Below, piece after piece: positions 9,865 through 18,420 of a stretch of 26,728 nt of DNA. A program made the translations under genes and the position numbers. The stretch comes from Nanobdellota archaeon (GTDB taxonomy: Archaea > Aenigmatarchaeota > Aenigmatarchaeia > QMZP01): the NCBI GenBank assembly GCA_043814765.1, contig JBDRJQ010000008.1, positions 1-26,728 of the forward strand, given 5' to 3'. Position 1 is the stretch's first letter. Each line of letters starts with the position of its first letter. A model generated the notes under the pieces. That model was not told where the DNA came from. It ran no database searches and saw only the letters and a list, made by a program, of their open reading frames with translations.

Positions 9865-10580
9865 TGAAAGCAATCGCTCTTATTTCGAGTATAATTTTTA
9901 TAGCAGTAACAGTTGCAGCTATTGGTGTAATCTATTACACTGGCATGCCTATTATACAAAAATTACAGGCTGCTGCGACTATTGAAAGCATGCGCGGCAC
10001 GATGTCCGAGCTTGACAGACTTGTTCAAGAAGTAGCATCTGAAGGAAAGGGTTCTAAGAGAACATTAAACCTAAAACTGGACAAAGGAACCATATATGTA
10101 AACGGAACTGAAGACGTTATTAACTGGTATTATGAAACAAATGCAGAAGTTATATCGCCAAGAACGTATCAGCGTTTCGGTAACATGATTATCGGAGCAA
10201 ATATGGAAACTAACGCAACAGAAGGATCTTTTAGCGGGACGCCAGCTTATGTTTTAACAAACGAACACCTGAAGGTCTTTTTCAAGAGGTTTGGTGGACC
10301 AACCAACGCAACAACATATAACACAAGCGAAATTCTTTTAGGAGTTTACAATAAGGACATGGGTGCATGGATGCCTCTTGATTATCTTAAAATAATGATA
10401 GACAACCAGACATCTTCGGAAAATGGAACAGGTTACACAGCAATACATGATACTGGAAAATTCCTTTCATATGGCATTGTAACAGCCTATATGAATTCCA
10501 CATATTTAGAATATCACATAAACTTTACACTAGAGTCTGGAGCAGACTTCTTTGAGATAGAGGTTGGCAAGAATGAATAG
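9864..10580 (+). CDS. Pilin-like secreted protein with putative class III signal peptide
   Basis: MKA|IALISSIIFIAVTVAAIGVIYY hydrophobic N-terminus, GxGSKR motif, 8 N-x-S/T sequons. TAATG overlap with the upstream gene. Confidence 0.6.
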   Translation: MKAIALISSIIFIAVTVAAIGVIYYTGMPIIQKLQAAATIESMRGTMSELDRLVQEVASEGKGSKRTLNLKLDKGTIYVNGTEDVINWYYETNAEVISPRTYQRFGNMIIGANMETNATEGSFSGTPAYVLTNEHLKVFFKRFGGPTNATTYNTSEILLGVYNKDMGAWMPLDYLKIMIDNQTSSENGTGYTAIHDTGKFLSYGIVTAYMNSTYLEYHINFTLESGADFFEIEVGKNE

Positions 10581-11061
10581 AAAGGCAATATCACCGTTAA
10601 TATCAACTGTTATTATTATGGGTATGGTTTTAACCATAGCAACTTTTATTGTGCCTTGGGCATATGATCTAGCGGTTAGCACATCCAACACTACTGCCAC
10701 GGAAACTGAATACCAAATTAAATGCCAGAATGCAGGATATGATTTTGATACCAGTTATGGTACGTATGGCATAGCTAGCAATTTTACTGGTTCAGAAGGG
10801 GTGGATTCACTTAGTGTTAAAGTAACAAACACGGGAACAATAAACCTGTACAACTTTTCAATTGAAGTGTACTTGAATACTTCTGACATATTTGAATTTG
10901 ATGTTAACTCAACTTATCAAAAAACACCAAGCAATCCGTTAAAACCAGGAAGAACAGCAGTTCTTCATGCAATTGTTAATGTTGATATAAACGGTACTAT
11001 AACAAAGGTGCGGGTCATCAACGAAGTTTGCAGACAGCGCATACCAGAGCAGAATTTGTAA
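10573..11061 (+). CDS. Archaeal type IV pilin/archaellin-like protein
   Basis: MNRKA|ISPLISTVIIMGMVL class III signal peptide, VTNTGTINL and LKPG Ig-like motifs, 6 sequons. Start reassigned to ATG 10573. Confidence 0.75.
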   Translation: MNRKAISPLISTVIIMGMVLTIATFIVPWAYDLAVSTSNTTATETEYQIKCQNAGYDFDTSYGTYGIASNFTGSEGVDSLSVKVTNTGTINLYNFSIEVYLNTSDIFEFDVNSTYQKTPSNPLKPGRTAVLHAIVNVDINGTITKVRVINEVCRQRIPEQNL

Positions 11062-11074
11062 AATATACGTGTTG

Positions 11075-11093
11075 TATAACTATGTTATAAATA
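11075..11093 (+). promoter_or_regulatory. Inverted repeat TATAAC-TAT-GTTATA overlapping a TATA box (TTATAAATA)
   Basis: Seen directly. The TATA begins about 31 nt before ATG 11116. Confidence 0.45.
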
Positions 11094-11115
11094 CAGATTC
11101 AGACAAATTAATACT

Positions 11116-12441
11116 ATGGAAAACCTCTTCAGTGAATCATTTTTGAACAATCCAGATTTCATGCTTACAAATCTCGCTGACGATAGCGATATCGATAACG
11201 TTAATGATACTGATAATGAAACAAACGTTTTTTCTAAAGATAAAGTAAAAACGACAGAAGATAGGCTTAAAGAAATCAATGAAAAGCTTGAAGAGCTTAG
11301 AAACCTTCAGCTTCTAAATCAGCTGGATGTAATAAACCTAAAAAATCAGATAGAGGTTAAGAGACTAGTTACTACTGGAATGTCTCAATTAGATCAGACA
11401 AGACTAAGCAATCTCATAAAGCTATCAAAAGACTCAAAAGAACTTGAAAAAATAAGAATAATCGCAATAGAGCTTCAAAATCTAAAAGATATTGTAAACA
11501 AAAAAAACGTTGGCGGTGCTAAAACAAATCTTGATTCTGTTGAAAAAGAAATAGACATTATTGAAAAGAGACTAAACAACTTGGAAACAAAACCCTCTAT
11601 AAAGCACTCATCACCACGAAAAGATGTGCATGTAGAAGCAAAGACAGAAGCAATAGACATTAAAAATTCTTTGAACATGTTAACAGAGAGGATATCTAAG
11701 CTGGAAACAGATATTTCCAGTAAAAGGCCGCCTAACCTTAAACCAGTAACGCTTTCTATTGATAGTCCTAATGATAAAATGAAGGTTAATTCATTACTTT
11801 CAGAAATGGGTTCACTAAAAGGACATCTGGACATTTTAACACAAAAAGTGAATGCAATGAAGCCTTCTATTATTACAAAGGAAGAGGTCTCTGTACCCAC
11901 TACTTTTCAGAATAAAATAGAAGAGCTCAACGAAAAGATAAACGCATTGAGCAAAGGCTCTAGGGTAGTGCTTAAACCGCTTAAGATGAAGAGTAAAAAT
12001 GTTTCTGAAAATGAGTTAAGAGACATTATAAGCAAAGTAGATGATATGCATGACGAAATAAATCAGGTTCTAAAAATAACAAAACTGGATGAAGTTGAAA
12101 AAATGATAAAAAGGAACAGAGAAATAGAAAAGAGGCTGAAAAAACTTATTGCAGAAATGCATGGCATAAAGCTTATACATCCTCTAAAAGAGTATAAAAA
12201 GGAACCAGACGCCGAATTAAAAAAGAACATAAAAAAACTAGAGAAGAAAATACATGACGTTTTGAAAAAATCAAAACCGCTTAAAGAAAGTGCAAAGATA
12301 AAACATATGGAAAATAAAATAAACCATCTCGAAGACGAAGTAGAGAACTTCAAAAAGAGTTTTAAAAAACAGAAAATCGTTCGTAAAAAGATGGTAAGCG
12401 GATTAAGAAAAAAAATTATTAAGTTATCCAGAACATACTAA
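11116..12441 (+). CDS. Hypothetical Lys/Glu-rich coiled-coil protein
   Basis: 441-aa ORF with heptad-like segments separated by Pro-containing linkers. No recognisable catalytic motif. Confidence 0.7.
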   Translation: MENLFSESFLNNPDFMLTNLADDSDIDNVNDTDNETNVFSKDKVKTTEDRLKEINEKLEELRNLQLLNQLDVINLKNQIEVKRLVTTGMSQLDQTRLSNLIKLSKDSKELEKIRIIAIELQNLKDIVNKKNVGGAKTNLDSVEKEIDIIEKRLNNLETKPSIKHSSPRKDVHVEAKTEAIDIKNSLNMLTERISKLETDISSKRPPNLKPVTLSIDSPNDKMKVNSLLSEMGSLKGHLDILTQKVNAMKPSIITKEEVSVPTTFQNKIEELNEKINALSKGSRVVLKPLKMKSKNVSENELRDIISKVDDMHDEINQVLKITKLDEVEKMIKRNREIEKRLKKLIAEMHGIKLIHPLKEYKKEPDAELKKNIKKLEKKIHDVLKKSKPLKESAKIKHMENKINHLEDEVENFKKSFKKQKIVRKKMVSGLRKKIIKLSRTY

Positions 12442-12457
12442 GATTAGAGTGATATGA

Positions 12458-13078
12458 ATGGTAAAAACAAAGAAAAAAACTGCTGTGAAAATAAAAGTCT
12501 TGCAGGGCAAACCCAAGAATTTTGACGAGCTGATAAAAGCTACCAAAATCAATACCAGCAACATTAAAATAATTCATGATGATATTGAGAAAAGATTAAA
12601 GGAAATTTTATCTACCCAATCAAAAATTATGGACTATATCGCTTTTACACGCAGCTATAAGAAAAAATTAGACAGGCTAGAAGACGTTGTTGAAAAACTA
12701 GAAAAGAAATTTGATCACACAGACAAAATATCAGAATCCAGTGTCAAAGGAATACAGAAAGATATCAGCAAAGAGTTTGATCACATAAACTCTATTTTTG
12801 TTGACGAAGTGAACAAAATAAAAAAGAAAACAGACGGAATAGGGCTTGATATTGGTATTATGAGAGAGCGCATAGGCGATTTAAAGATAGTGGAAGAAAA
12901 CATGAAAGAATTGGATATAAAGACTCTGAGAAGGGATATTGAAATACTCAAAACCAAGAACGAATGGGTTGAAGACCGAATAGGGGAGATAAACACGATA
13001 ACACTTGAAGAAAAGATATCACTTCTTGAAAGAAGAATTAAATCTATGAAGTTCGCATCTCCTCTCATTTTAGAGTGA
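12458..13078 (+). CDS. Hypothetical coiled-coil protein
   Basis: 206-aa ORF, GAGTGAT RBS upstream, heptad pattern, C-terminal SPLILE. Confidence 0.7.
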   Translation: MVKTKKKTAVKIKVLQGKPKNFDELIKATKINTSNIKIIHDDIEKRLKEILSTQSKIMDYIAFTRSYKKKLDRLEDVVEKLEKKFDHTDKISESSVKGIQKDISKEFDHINSIFVDEVNKIKKKTDGIGLDIGIMRERIGDLKIVEENMKELDIKTLRRDIEILKTKNEWVEDRIGEINTITLEEKISLLERRIKSMKFASPLILE

Positions 13079-13130
13079 TTGTGCTTCAAATCAACTTTTA
13101 TTAATAAATGTTATCTTATAATGGGGAATT

Positions 13131-14441
13131 ATGGGGTTTCTAGATAAACTCAGAAAAAAGGACAGAAAAGAGGAAGTTATAGAGGTACCGATTGAAAAGG
13201 TAAGGATAGAAGAGCTTACTGACTGGTTAAACTCAATTTTTGAAGTTACAGTTTTACATGAAAAATCCAAGACATTTTATGAAAATATAATGGCTTCATT
13301 TGCAGAGATAAAGATTCTTAACGAAAAACTAATGGAAGCTGAACTTGAGAGCGGGGAAAAAATCTACACCTCTGCAAACATGGTTAAAGATACCTTTGTT
13401 AACAAGACTCGCAGCATTGTAAGCTCTTTAGGATTCCCTGAAAAACCAGAGCAGAAGATTAACTACAATTTTATATCAATTTTCTATTCATCTGTTTTAA
13501 AATCAATAAAAGAAATACAATCGCTTTCGCCTAAACAACTTATTTTATTATCCAATTATTTCAAATCAGAAGCAAGACCCGTAATGGAAAAGATAAAGAG
13601 TGCTAATGACAGCATCAAAGATTTGGGCTCATTCCTTGCTTCTGAAGGAAAGGGAATGAGATTATTGGAAAACATTAACTCAAAAATTGATGATTACAAT
13701 AATTTGATTCAAGAACTGAATGCGCTGGAACAGTCAAAAAAAGAAATTAACGAAAAAATAGAAGCAATAGAGAAATCTGATATAGATACCGAAATAAGCT
13801 CACTTAAGCAAACATCTCGTTGGAAAGAGTTTGAATTGCTTGAAAAGGAATTAAAAACAAAGCATGAAAAAACATCTGATGTTGAACATAACATCAAAGA
13901 GCAGTTATCTGTTCTGGAGAAACCGCTTATGAAGATAGAGTACCTAATATCCAGAAACCTGATTGATTTTCCTATAGATCAAGCAATAGTTCAGGGATTT
14001 TCATTAAAACCATTTGAAGCCTTTATCAAAGACAGCGGAGATGATTCTTTAAAGAAATTAATAGAAGAACTTAGCAAAATGGTTAGCGATAAAAAACTAT
14101 CCTTAAAGGAGAAGGAAAAACAGAAGATTAAAGAATTGCATAAGGCACTAAATGGTAGCCTCAAAGAGCTTAGAGACATATATTTTAACTCAAAACAAAA
14201 CAACCTAGAAAAAAAATCCAAAATAGTGGAATATTCTGATATAATTGAAAAAAACAAAATACTTGAGGAACGCTTAACAAAAGAAAGAGAAGAGTCATTC
14301 AAGCTTAAGAGCGATATAAAACAGACAGACAAAAGCATATCAGAGACTAAGGAAAGAATTTCCAACCTGAAGAAGGAAACAGAAGCCAGTGTATATGAAG
14401 ATATCGGAAAAAGGATAGAGCTTATAGCTAATGGTTATTAA
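13131..14441 (+). CDS. Hypothetical coiled-coil protein
   Basis: 436-aa ORF with MGFLDKLRKK N-terminus and long helical heptad regions. No Walker motifs. Confidence 0.72.
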   Translation: MGFLDKLRKKDRKEEVIEVPIEKVRIEELTDWLNSIFEVTVLHEKSKTFYENIMASFAEIKILNEKLMEAELESGEKIYTSANMVKDTFVNKTRSIVSSLGFPEKPEQKINYNFISIFYSSVLKSIKEIQSLSPKQLILLSNYFKSEARPVMEKIKSANDSIKDLGSFLASEGKGMRLLENINSKIDDYNNLIQELNALEQSKKEINEKIEAIEKSDIDTEISSLKQTSRWKEFELLEKELKTKHEKTSDVEHNIKEQLSVLEKPLMKIEYLISRNLIDFPIDQAIVQGFSLKPFEAFIKDSGDDSLKKLIEELSKMVSDKKLSLKEKEKQKIKELHKALNGSLKELRDIYFNSKQNNLEKKSKIVEYSDIIEKNKILEERLTKEREESFKLKSDIKQTDKSISETKERISNLKKETEASVYEDIGKRIELIANGY

Positions 14442-14491
14442 ACTAAAGCTTTTATATAATTCATACAATATTAGCTAAAAAGAGCGATATT

Positions 14492-14779
14492 ATGAGTAAA
14501 ACATCAAAGGGTTCAAGAACAGGAACTAGGAGCAAACTTAGACAAATTAAGAGAGCTAAGTTCAAAAGCGAAACCTTTCTAAAGGAGTTTAAGAAGGATG
14601 ACATAGTTGTGATAAAAATAGAGCCTTCATCCCATAAAGGTATGCCGTTCCCTAAAATGAATGGAAAGATAGGTAAAATAGTTGGAAAAAGAGGCAATTC
14701 CTACATAATTAACGTTTTAATCGGAAAAACTCAAAAAAGTGTGATAGCAAAACCTGAGCACATAAAGCCGATATATTAG
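14492..14779 (+). CDS. rpl21e: 50S ribosomal protein L21e
   Basis: SKGSRTGTRSKL, VVIKIEPSSHKGMP..GKIGKIVGKRG, PEHIKP. Conserved linkage with rpoF and DUF655. Confidence 0.95.
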   Translation: MSKTSKGSRTGTRSKLRQIKRAKFKSETFLKEFKKDDIVVIKIEPSSHKGMPFPKMNGKIGKIVGKRGNSYIINVLIGKTQKSVIAKPEHIKPIY

Positions 14780-14828
14780 TAGCCTATAATATTATTATAT
14801 AATTACAAATTCGATTGCGGAGGATTGT

Positions 14829-15155
14829 ATGGAAATAATTGAAGAAAATAATGTATCATGGAGCTACGCTAAAAAAATACTAGAAAAAAAAGCAAAAGAG
14901 AAGGAAATTGGCTATGAACAAAAGAATGCTCTAGAGCACTTGAAAAAATTCTCAAAGATTATTGCAAAAAACGAAGATGAACTTATAAGCAGTCTTAAAA
15001 AAATTGAAATTTTAAAAGATAATCATATAATTGGTATAGTTAGCATGCTTCCGCAAACAGAAGAAGAAGTAAGAGTTCTTTTTGCTAAAGAGGTTATAAA
15101 CCTATCTGAAGAAGATAGAAAAAAAATAGCAAAAACAGTAAAAAAATACTCATAG
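14829..15155 (+). CDS. rpoF: DNA-directed RNA polymerase subunit F (Rpo4)
   Basis: GYEQKNALEHLKKFSK, IVSMLPQTEEEVRVLF. Located between rpl21e and DUF655. Confidence 0.9.
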   Translation: MEIIEENNVSWSYAKKILEKKAKEKEIGYEQKNALEHLKKFSKIIAKNEDELISSLKKIEILKDNHIIGIVSMLPQTEEEVRVLFAKEVINLSEEDRKKIAKTVKKYS

Positions 15156-15206
15156 CATCATAAAAGATTTAAGACAAGATACTAATTTTTTAAAAGTGGT
15201 GATATT

Positions 15207-15791
15207 ATGGAAAAGAGGCCAATTAAAAAAGACGAGTGGGCAATAGTGCTAGACTTCTTATCTCATGGTCACCACGCTATGGAGAGAACCCAGCCAGTGG
15301 CACAGGTTGTGGGTGAAATATACTTTTCTTTACTGGAAGTTATAGTGAGAGACGATGTATCATTGGAGATAGATGAAAGAGTGTATATTGGAGATGGAAA
15401 GAGAGATAAAATCAAATACATAAGAGGACGGTTAGAATTTGATAAACTTACAGTCTCTGCAAAAGAAGAGCTTTCAGATATAGTAACTAATGTTGTTAAA
15501 AAGAATCCAGAAAGATTTATTAACTTTTACAATAATGCTGGACAGGTAACTACCCGATTTCACCAGCTAGAACTTCTTCCAGGCATAGGTAAAAAGCATC
15601 TTTGGGCCATAATAGATGAAAGGAAGAAGAAACCTTTCGAGTCCTTTGAGAATCTTAAGAAAAGAGTTCCACTTCTTCCGGATCCAGAAAAAACAATTGT
15701 AAAAAGGATAATGGAAGAGTTTTTGGATAAAGACAAATACAGGATATTCGTTCCAAAATTTGAAAAGCAAGACAATTATAGAAGAAGATAA
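15207..15791 (+). CDS. DUF655 family putative RNA-binding protein (HhH)
   Basis: AIVLDFL, AQVVGE.YFSLLE, VYIGDGKRDK, HQLELLPGIGKK, PFESFE. GGTGAT RBS. Confidence 0.9.
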   Translation: MEKRPIKKDEWAIVLDFLSHGHHAMERTQPVAQVVGEIYFSLLEVIVRDDVSLEIDERVYIGDGKRDKIKYIRGRLEFDKLTVSAKEELSDIVTNVVKKNPERFINFYNNAGQVTTRFHQLELLPGIGKKHLWAIIDERKKKPFESFENLKKRVPLLPDPEKTIVKRIMEEFLDKDKYRIFVPKFEKQDNYRRR

Positions 15792-15819
15792 ACCCTTTAA
15801 GAAAAGGTTCAATTCAAAA
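15788..15819 (+). repeat. REP-like hairpin element, copy A
   Basis: ATAAACCCTTTAAGAAAAGGTTCAATTCAAAA. By-eye alignment gives 27/33 identity to the tRNA-Pro intron copy. Confidence 0.6.
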
Positions 15820-15851
15820 AAACAGATTTAACCAAAAAGGAGGGAATGTGA

Positions 15852-16283
15852 ATGTTAGTAAGCGAAATAATGAACAGTGACATAAAGACCATAAAATCTT
15901 CTGATACTGTTCAAAAAGCTGCAAAATTAATGAACAAGTACAGAATAGGCGGGCTTATAGTAACTAAGAAAGATGGTCTAGAAGGCATAATCACAGAAAG
16001 AGACATAATGACAGGATTAGTTGCACTGGCAAAAGATGCTTCAAAAGTTCAAGTAAAGGAAATAATGCGCACAGATATTATTGTCGTTGAAGAAAACAGA
16101 ACAGTAGAAGACGCAGCTAATATTATGCTGGAAGCCAACGTGAAAAAACTGCCTGTTGTGAGGGGAAAAGAGCTCGTTGGTATAGTTACGTCAACAGACA
16201 TACTCGCTGCTCAACCAAAACAAATGGAAATCATGAGCGATATTCTTGTTTTTCCAAAGAAAGATAGGCCTGTTGCGGGCTAA
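15852..16283 (+). CDS. CBS domain pair protein
   Basis: VSEIM, AAKLM..RIGGLIV, GIITERDI, VKEIM, KKLPVV..LVGIVTSTDI. AGGAGG RBS. Confidence 0.92.
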   Translation: MLVSEIMNSDIKTIKSSDTVQKAAKLMNKYRIGGLIVTKKDGLEGIITERDIMTGLVALAKDASKVQVKEIMRTDIIVVEENRTVEDAANIMLEANVKKLPVVRGKELVGIVTSTDILAAQPKQMEIMSDILVFPKKDRPVAG

Positions 16284-16348
16284 TTAAAAAGTATTTATTA
16301 AGATTCGGTATCATATAACACTATATCGATTGCATCAATTAACTGTAT

Positions 16349-16520
16349 GGGCCCGTAGCTCAGTTTGGCCTAGAGCGCCTGTCTTATATGACTTCTAAGC
16401 GTTCAGCTTAGATCAGCGCTAGGTTAGCAGGAGGTCCTGGGTTCGAAAGCAACCCTTTTTAAGGTGAGCAGGCAAAAGGTCTGCACCCCAAAATGGCTGC
16501 GGAGACTCCCAGCGGGCCCA
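16349..16520 (+). tRNA. tRNA-Ile(UAU) with two introns: 37/38 (16389-16425, 37 nt) and 59/60 (16448-16506, 59 nt)
   Basis: Acceptor GGGCCCG/CGGGCCC plus A73; D-stem GCTC/GAGC; anticodon stem CCTGT/GCAGG with loop CT-TAT-A|A; T-stem CTGGG/CCCAG with loop TTCGAA|T. Intron 1 BHB helix CTTA/TAGG. Intron 2 has a relaxed BHB (TTCG/GGAG, one mismatch). No encoded CCA. Confidence 0.88.
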
Positions 16521-16560
16521 TTTTACTACTAAAAACGAACTAAAAACCGACAATAAGCGT

Positions 16561-16572
16561 AAGTTTTATATA
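16561..16572 (+). promoter_or_regulatory. TATA box upstream of the thermosome gene
   Basis: AAG-TTTTATATA. GAGGTGAT RBS at about 16656 before ATG 16667. Confidence 0.5.
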
Positions 16573-16585
16573 CCCTAAGCACAAC

Positions 16586-16627
16586 TCTTATAAGTCTAAA
16601 CAGTAATCTTATAAGTCTAAACAGTAA
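16586..16627. repeat. Perfect 21-bp tandem duplication TCTTATAAGTCTAAACAGTAA x2
   Basis: Copies at 16586-16606 and 16607-16627. Confidence 0.9.
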
Positions 16628-16666
16628 TAGATGGCATAATGATTGTATAATTAATGAGGTGATATT

Positions 16667-18325
16667 ATGACAAATCCCATGATTGCTAACATTGGCGGAC
16701 AGCCAGTATTGATACTCTCTGAAGGAACTATGAGAAGCAAAGGAAGGGAAGCACAGAGAAATAATATAGCTGCAGCTAAGGCAGTTGCAGACGCCGTAAG
16801 AACTACTTTAGGTCCAAAAGGCATGGACAAAATGCTTGTTGATTCTCTTGGCGACATTGTTATAACGAATGACGGAGCAACAATTCTTGATGAGATGCAG
16901 ATAGAACATCCTGCTGCAAAAATGATGGTAGAGGTTGCCAAAACACAAGACAAGTCTGTTGGTGATGGAACAACTACAGCCGTCGTTTTGGCCGGCGAGT
17001 TCTTGAAGAAAGCAGGTGACCTGCTTGATCAGGAAATTCATCCCACTGTTATCACAAAAGGATTCAGGATGGCAAAGGAAAAAGCACTAGAGGTCTTAGA
17101 TTCAATTGCACAAAATGTTAACATAAAGGATGAAAAAACTCTATTGAACATTGCAAAAACTGCAATGACAGGAAAATCAGCAGATAGAGCTTCTGATGTT
17201 CTTGCAAAACTTTCAGTGGATGCTGTAAAGAAAGTTGCAGAAGAAAATGATGGTAAAATAGAAATAGATAATGATAACATAAAAATCGAAAAGAAATCTG
17301 GCGGATCAATGTCAGATACAACTTTGATAGAAGGTGTTTTAGTCGATAAAGAAGTTGTTCATTCTGGAATGCCAAAAAAATTAAAAAGCGCAAAAATAGC
17401 TTTGTTAGACTTTGCTCTTGAAGTAAAATCTCTAGAAAGCGATGCTAAAATACAGATAAACGACCCTTCACAAATGCAAGCATTCCTTGACGAAGAAGAG
17501 AGAATGCTAAAATCAATGACAGACAAAGTTGTAAAAACAGGAACAAATGTTGTTTTCTGTCAGAAAGGCATAGACGACACTGTTCAGCATTATCTTGCAA
17601 AAGCAGGCATAATGGCAGCAAGAAGAGTAAAGAAATCAGACATGGAAATGCTCGCAAAAGCAACAGGCGCAAAGATTGTTAGCAACGTAAATGAGTTATC
17701 AAAAGAAGATCTTGGTAATGCAGGTCTTGTTCGTGAAAGCAAGGTCTCTGGTGACGACATGATTTTTGTTGAAAAATGTCAGTCTCCAAAAGCAGTTACA
17801 ATTCTGATAAGAGGTGGAACAGAGCACGTTGTTGACGAAGTTGATCGTGCAATGCAGGACGCTGTAAAAGGTCTTATAGCAGCCCTTGAAATCGGTAAAG
17901 TAGTTGCTGGTGGAGGCAGCCCAGAAATGGCTATTGCAAAAGAGCTAAGAAAATATGCAGAGTCATTTAGTGGCAGAGAACAGCTTGCAGTGAATGCATT
18001 TGCAGAGGCAATGGAAATTATTCCAAGAAGCCTTGCTGAAAATGCTGGTATTGATCCAATAGACACACTTACAAGTCTAAGATCAGAGCATGATAAAGGA
18101 AACAGAGAGCATGGTCTTGACGTGTTTACTGGTGAAATCAAAAACATGTCAGAATTGGGCGTTATTGAGCCTCTGAAAATTAAAACACAGGCAATAAAAT
18201 CTGCTTCAGAAGCAACAGAAATGATACTCAGAATCGATGACATTATATCAGGCAGCACAAAAGAAGGTCCTGGCGGTATGCATGGCGGTATGCCAGGCGG
18301 AATGCCTCCTGGTATGGGCATGTAA
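16667..18325 (+). CDS. thsA: Thermosome subunit (group II chaperonin)
   Basis: [45 protein letters not shown]-terminal GGMPGGM tail. Subunit letter not determinable. Confidence 0.97.
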   Translation: MTNPMIANIGGQPVLILSEGTMRSKGREAQRNNIAAAKAVADAVRTTLGPKGMDKMLVDSLGDIVITNDGATILDEMQIEHPAAKMMVEVAKTQDKSVGDGTTTAVVLAGEFLKKAGDLLDQEIHPTVITKGFRMAKEKALEVLDSIAQNVNIKDEKTLLNIAKTAMTGKSADRASDVLAKLSVDAVKKVAEENDGKIEIDNDNIKIEKKSGGSMSDTTLIEGVLVDKEVVHSGMPKKLKSAKIALLDFALEVKSLESDAKIQINDPSQMQAFLDEEERMLKSMTDKVVKTGTNVVFCQKGIDDTVQHYLAKAGIMAARRVKKSDMEMLAKATGAKIVSNVNELSKEDLGNAGLVRESKVSGDDMIFVEKCQSPKAVTILIRGGTEHVVDEVDRAMQDAVKGLIAALEIGKVVAGGGSPEMAIAKELRKYAESFSGREQLAVNAFAEAMEIIPRSLAENAGIDPIDTLTSLRSEHDKGNREHGLDVFTGEIKNMSELGVIEPLKIKTQAIKSASEATEMILRIDDIISGSTKEGPGGMHGGMPGGMPPGMGM

Positions 18326-18353
18326 TAAGCTTTTAAAAAAAGCTTAACCAAAA
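18325..18353 (+). repeat. REP-like hairpin element, copy B
   Basis: ATAAGCTTTTAAAAAAAGCTTAACCAAAA. The stem has AAGC/GCTT in place of AACC/GGTT, a compensatory change. Confidence 0.6.
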
Positions 18354-18357
18354 CCCT

Positions 18358-18390
18358 TTTTAGGATTAAACCCTTTTCTAAAGGGTTTAC
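18358..18390 (-). repeat. REP-like hairpin element, copy C (inverted relative to B)
   Basis: Reverse complement reads GTAAACCCTTTAGAAAAGGGTTTAATCCTAAAA. Confidence 0.65.
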
Positions 18391-18420
18391 TATAAATGAT
18401 TCCTTGAACAAATAATTAAT

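Noticed and set aside
11116..14441. Calling the coiled-coil ORFs SMC/Rad50 because scpAB is nearby
   Set aside because: No Walker A/B, signature motif, hinge or Zn-hook, and they are too short.
16322..16520. Split or permuted tRNA interpretation of the shared leaders
   Set aside because: All three tRNA genes have complete cloverleaves in cis, and the transcribed leaders are similar to each other rather than complementary.
16586..16627. Possible mini-CRISPR
   Set aside because: Two directly abutting copies with no spacer, and no cas genes in the window.
18268..18322. GGCGGTATG-type short repeats
   Set aside because: They encode the normal Gly-Gly-Met chaperonin tail.
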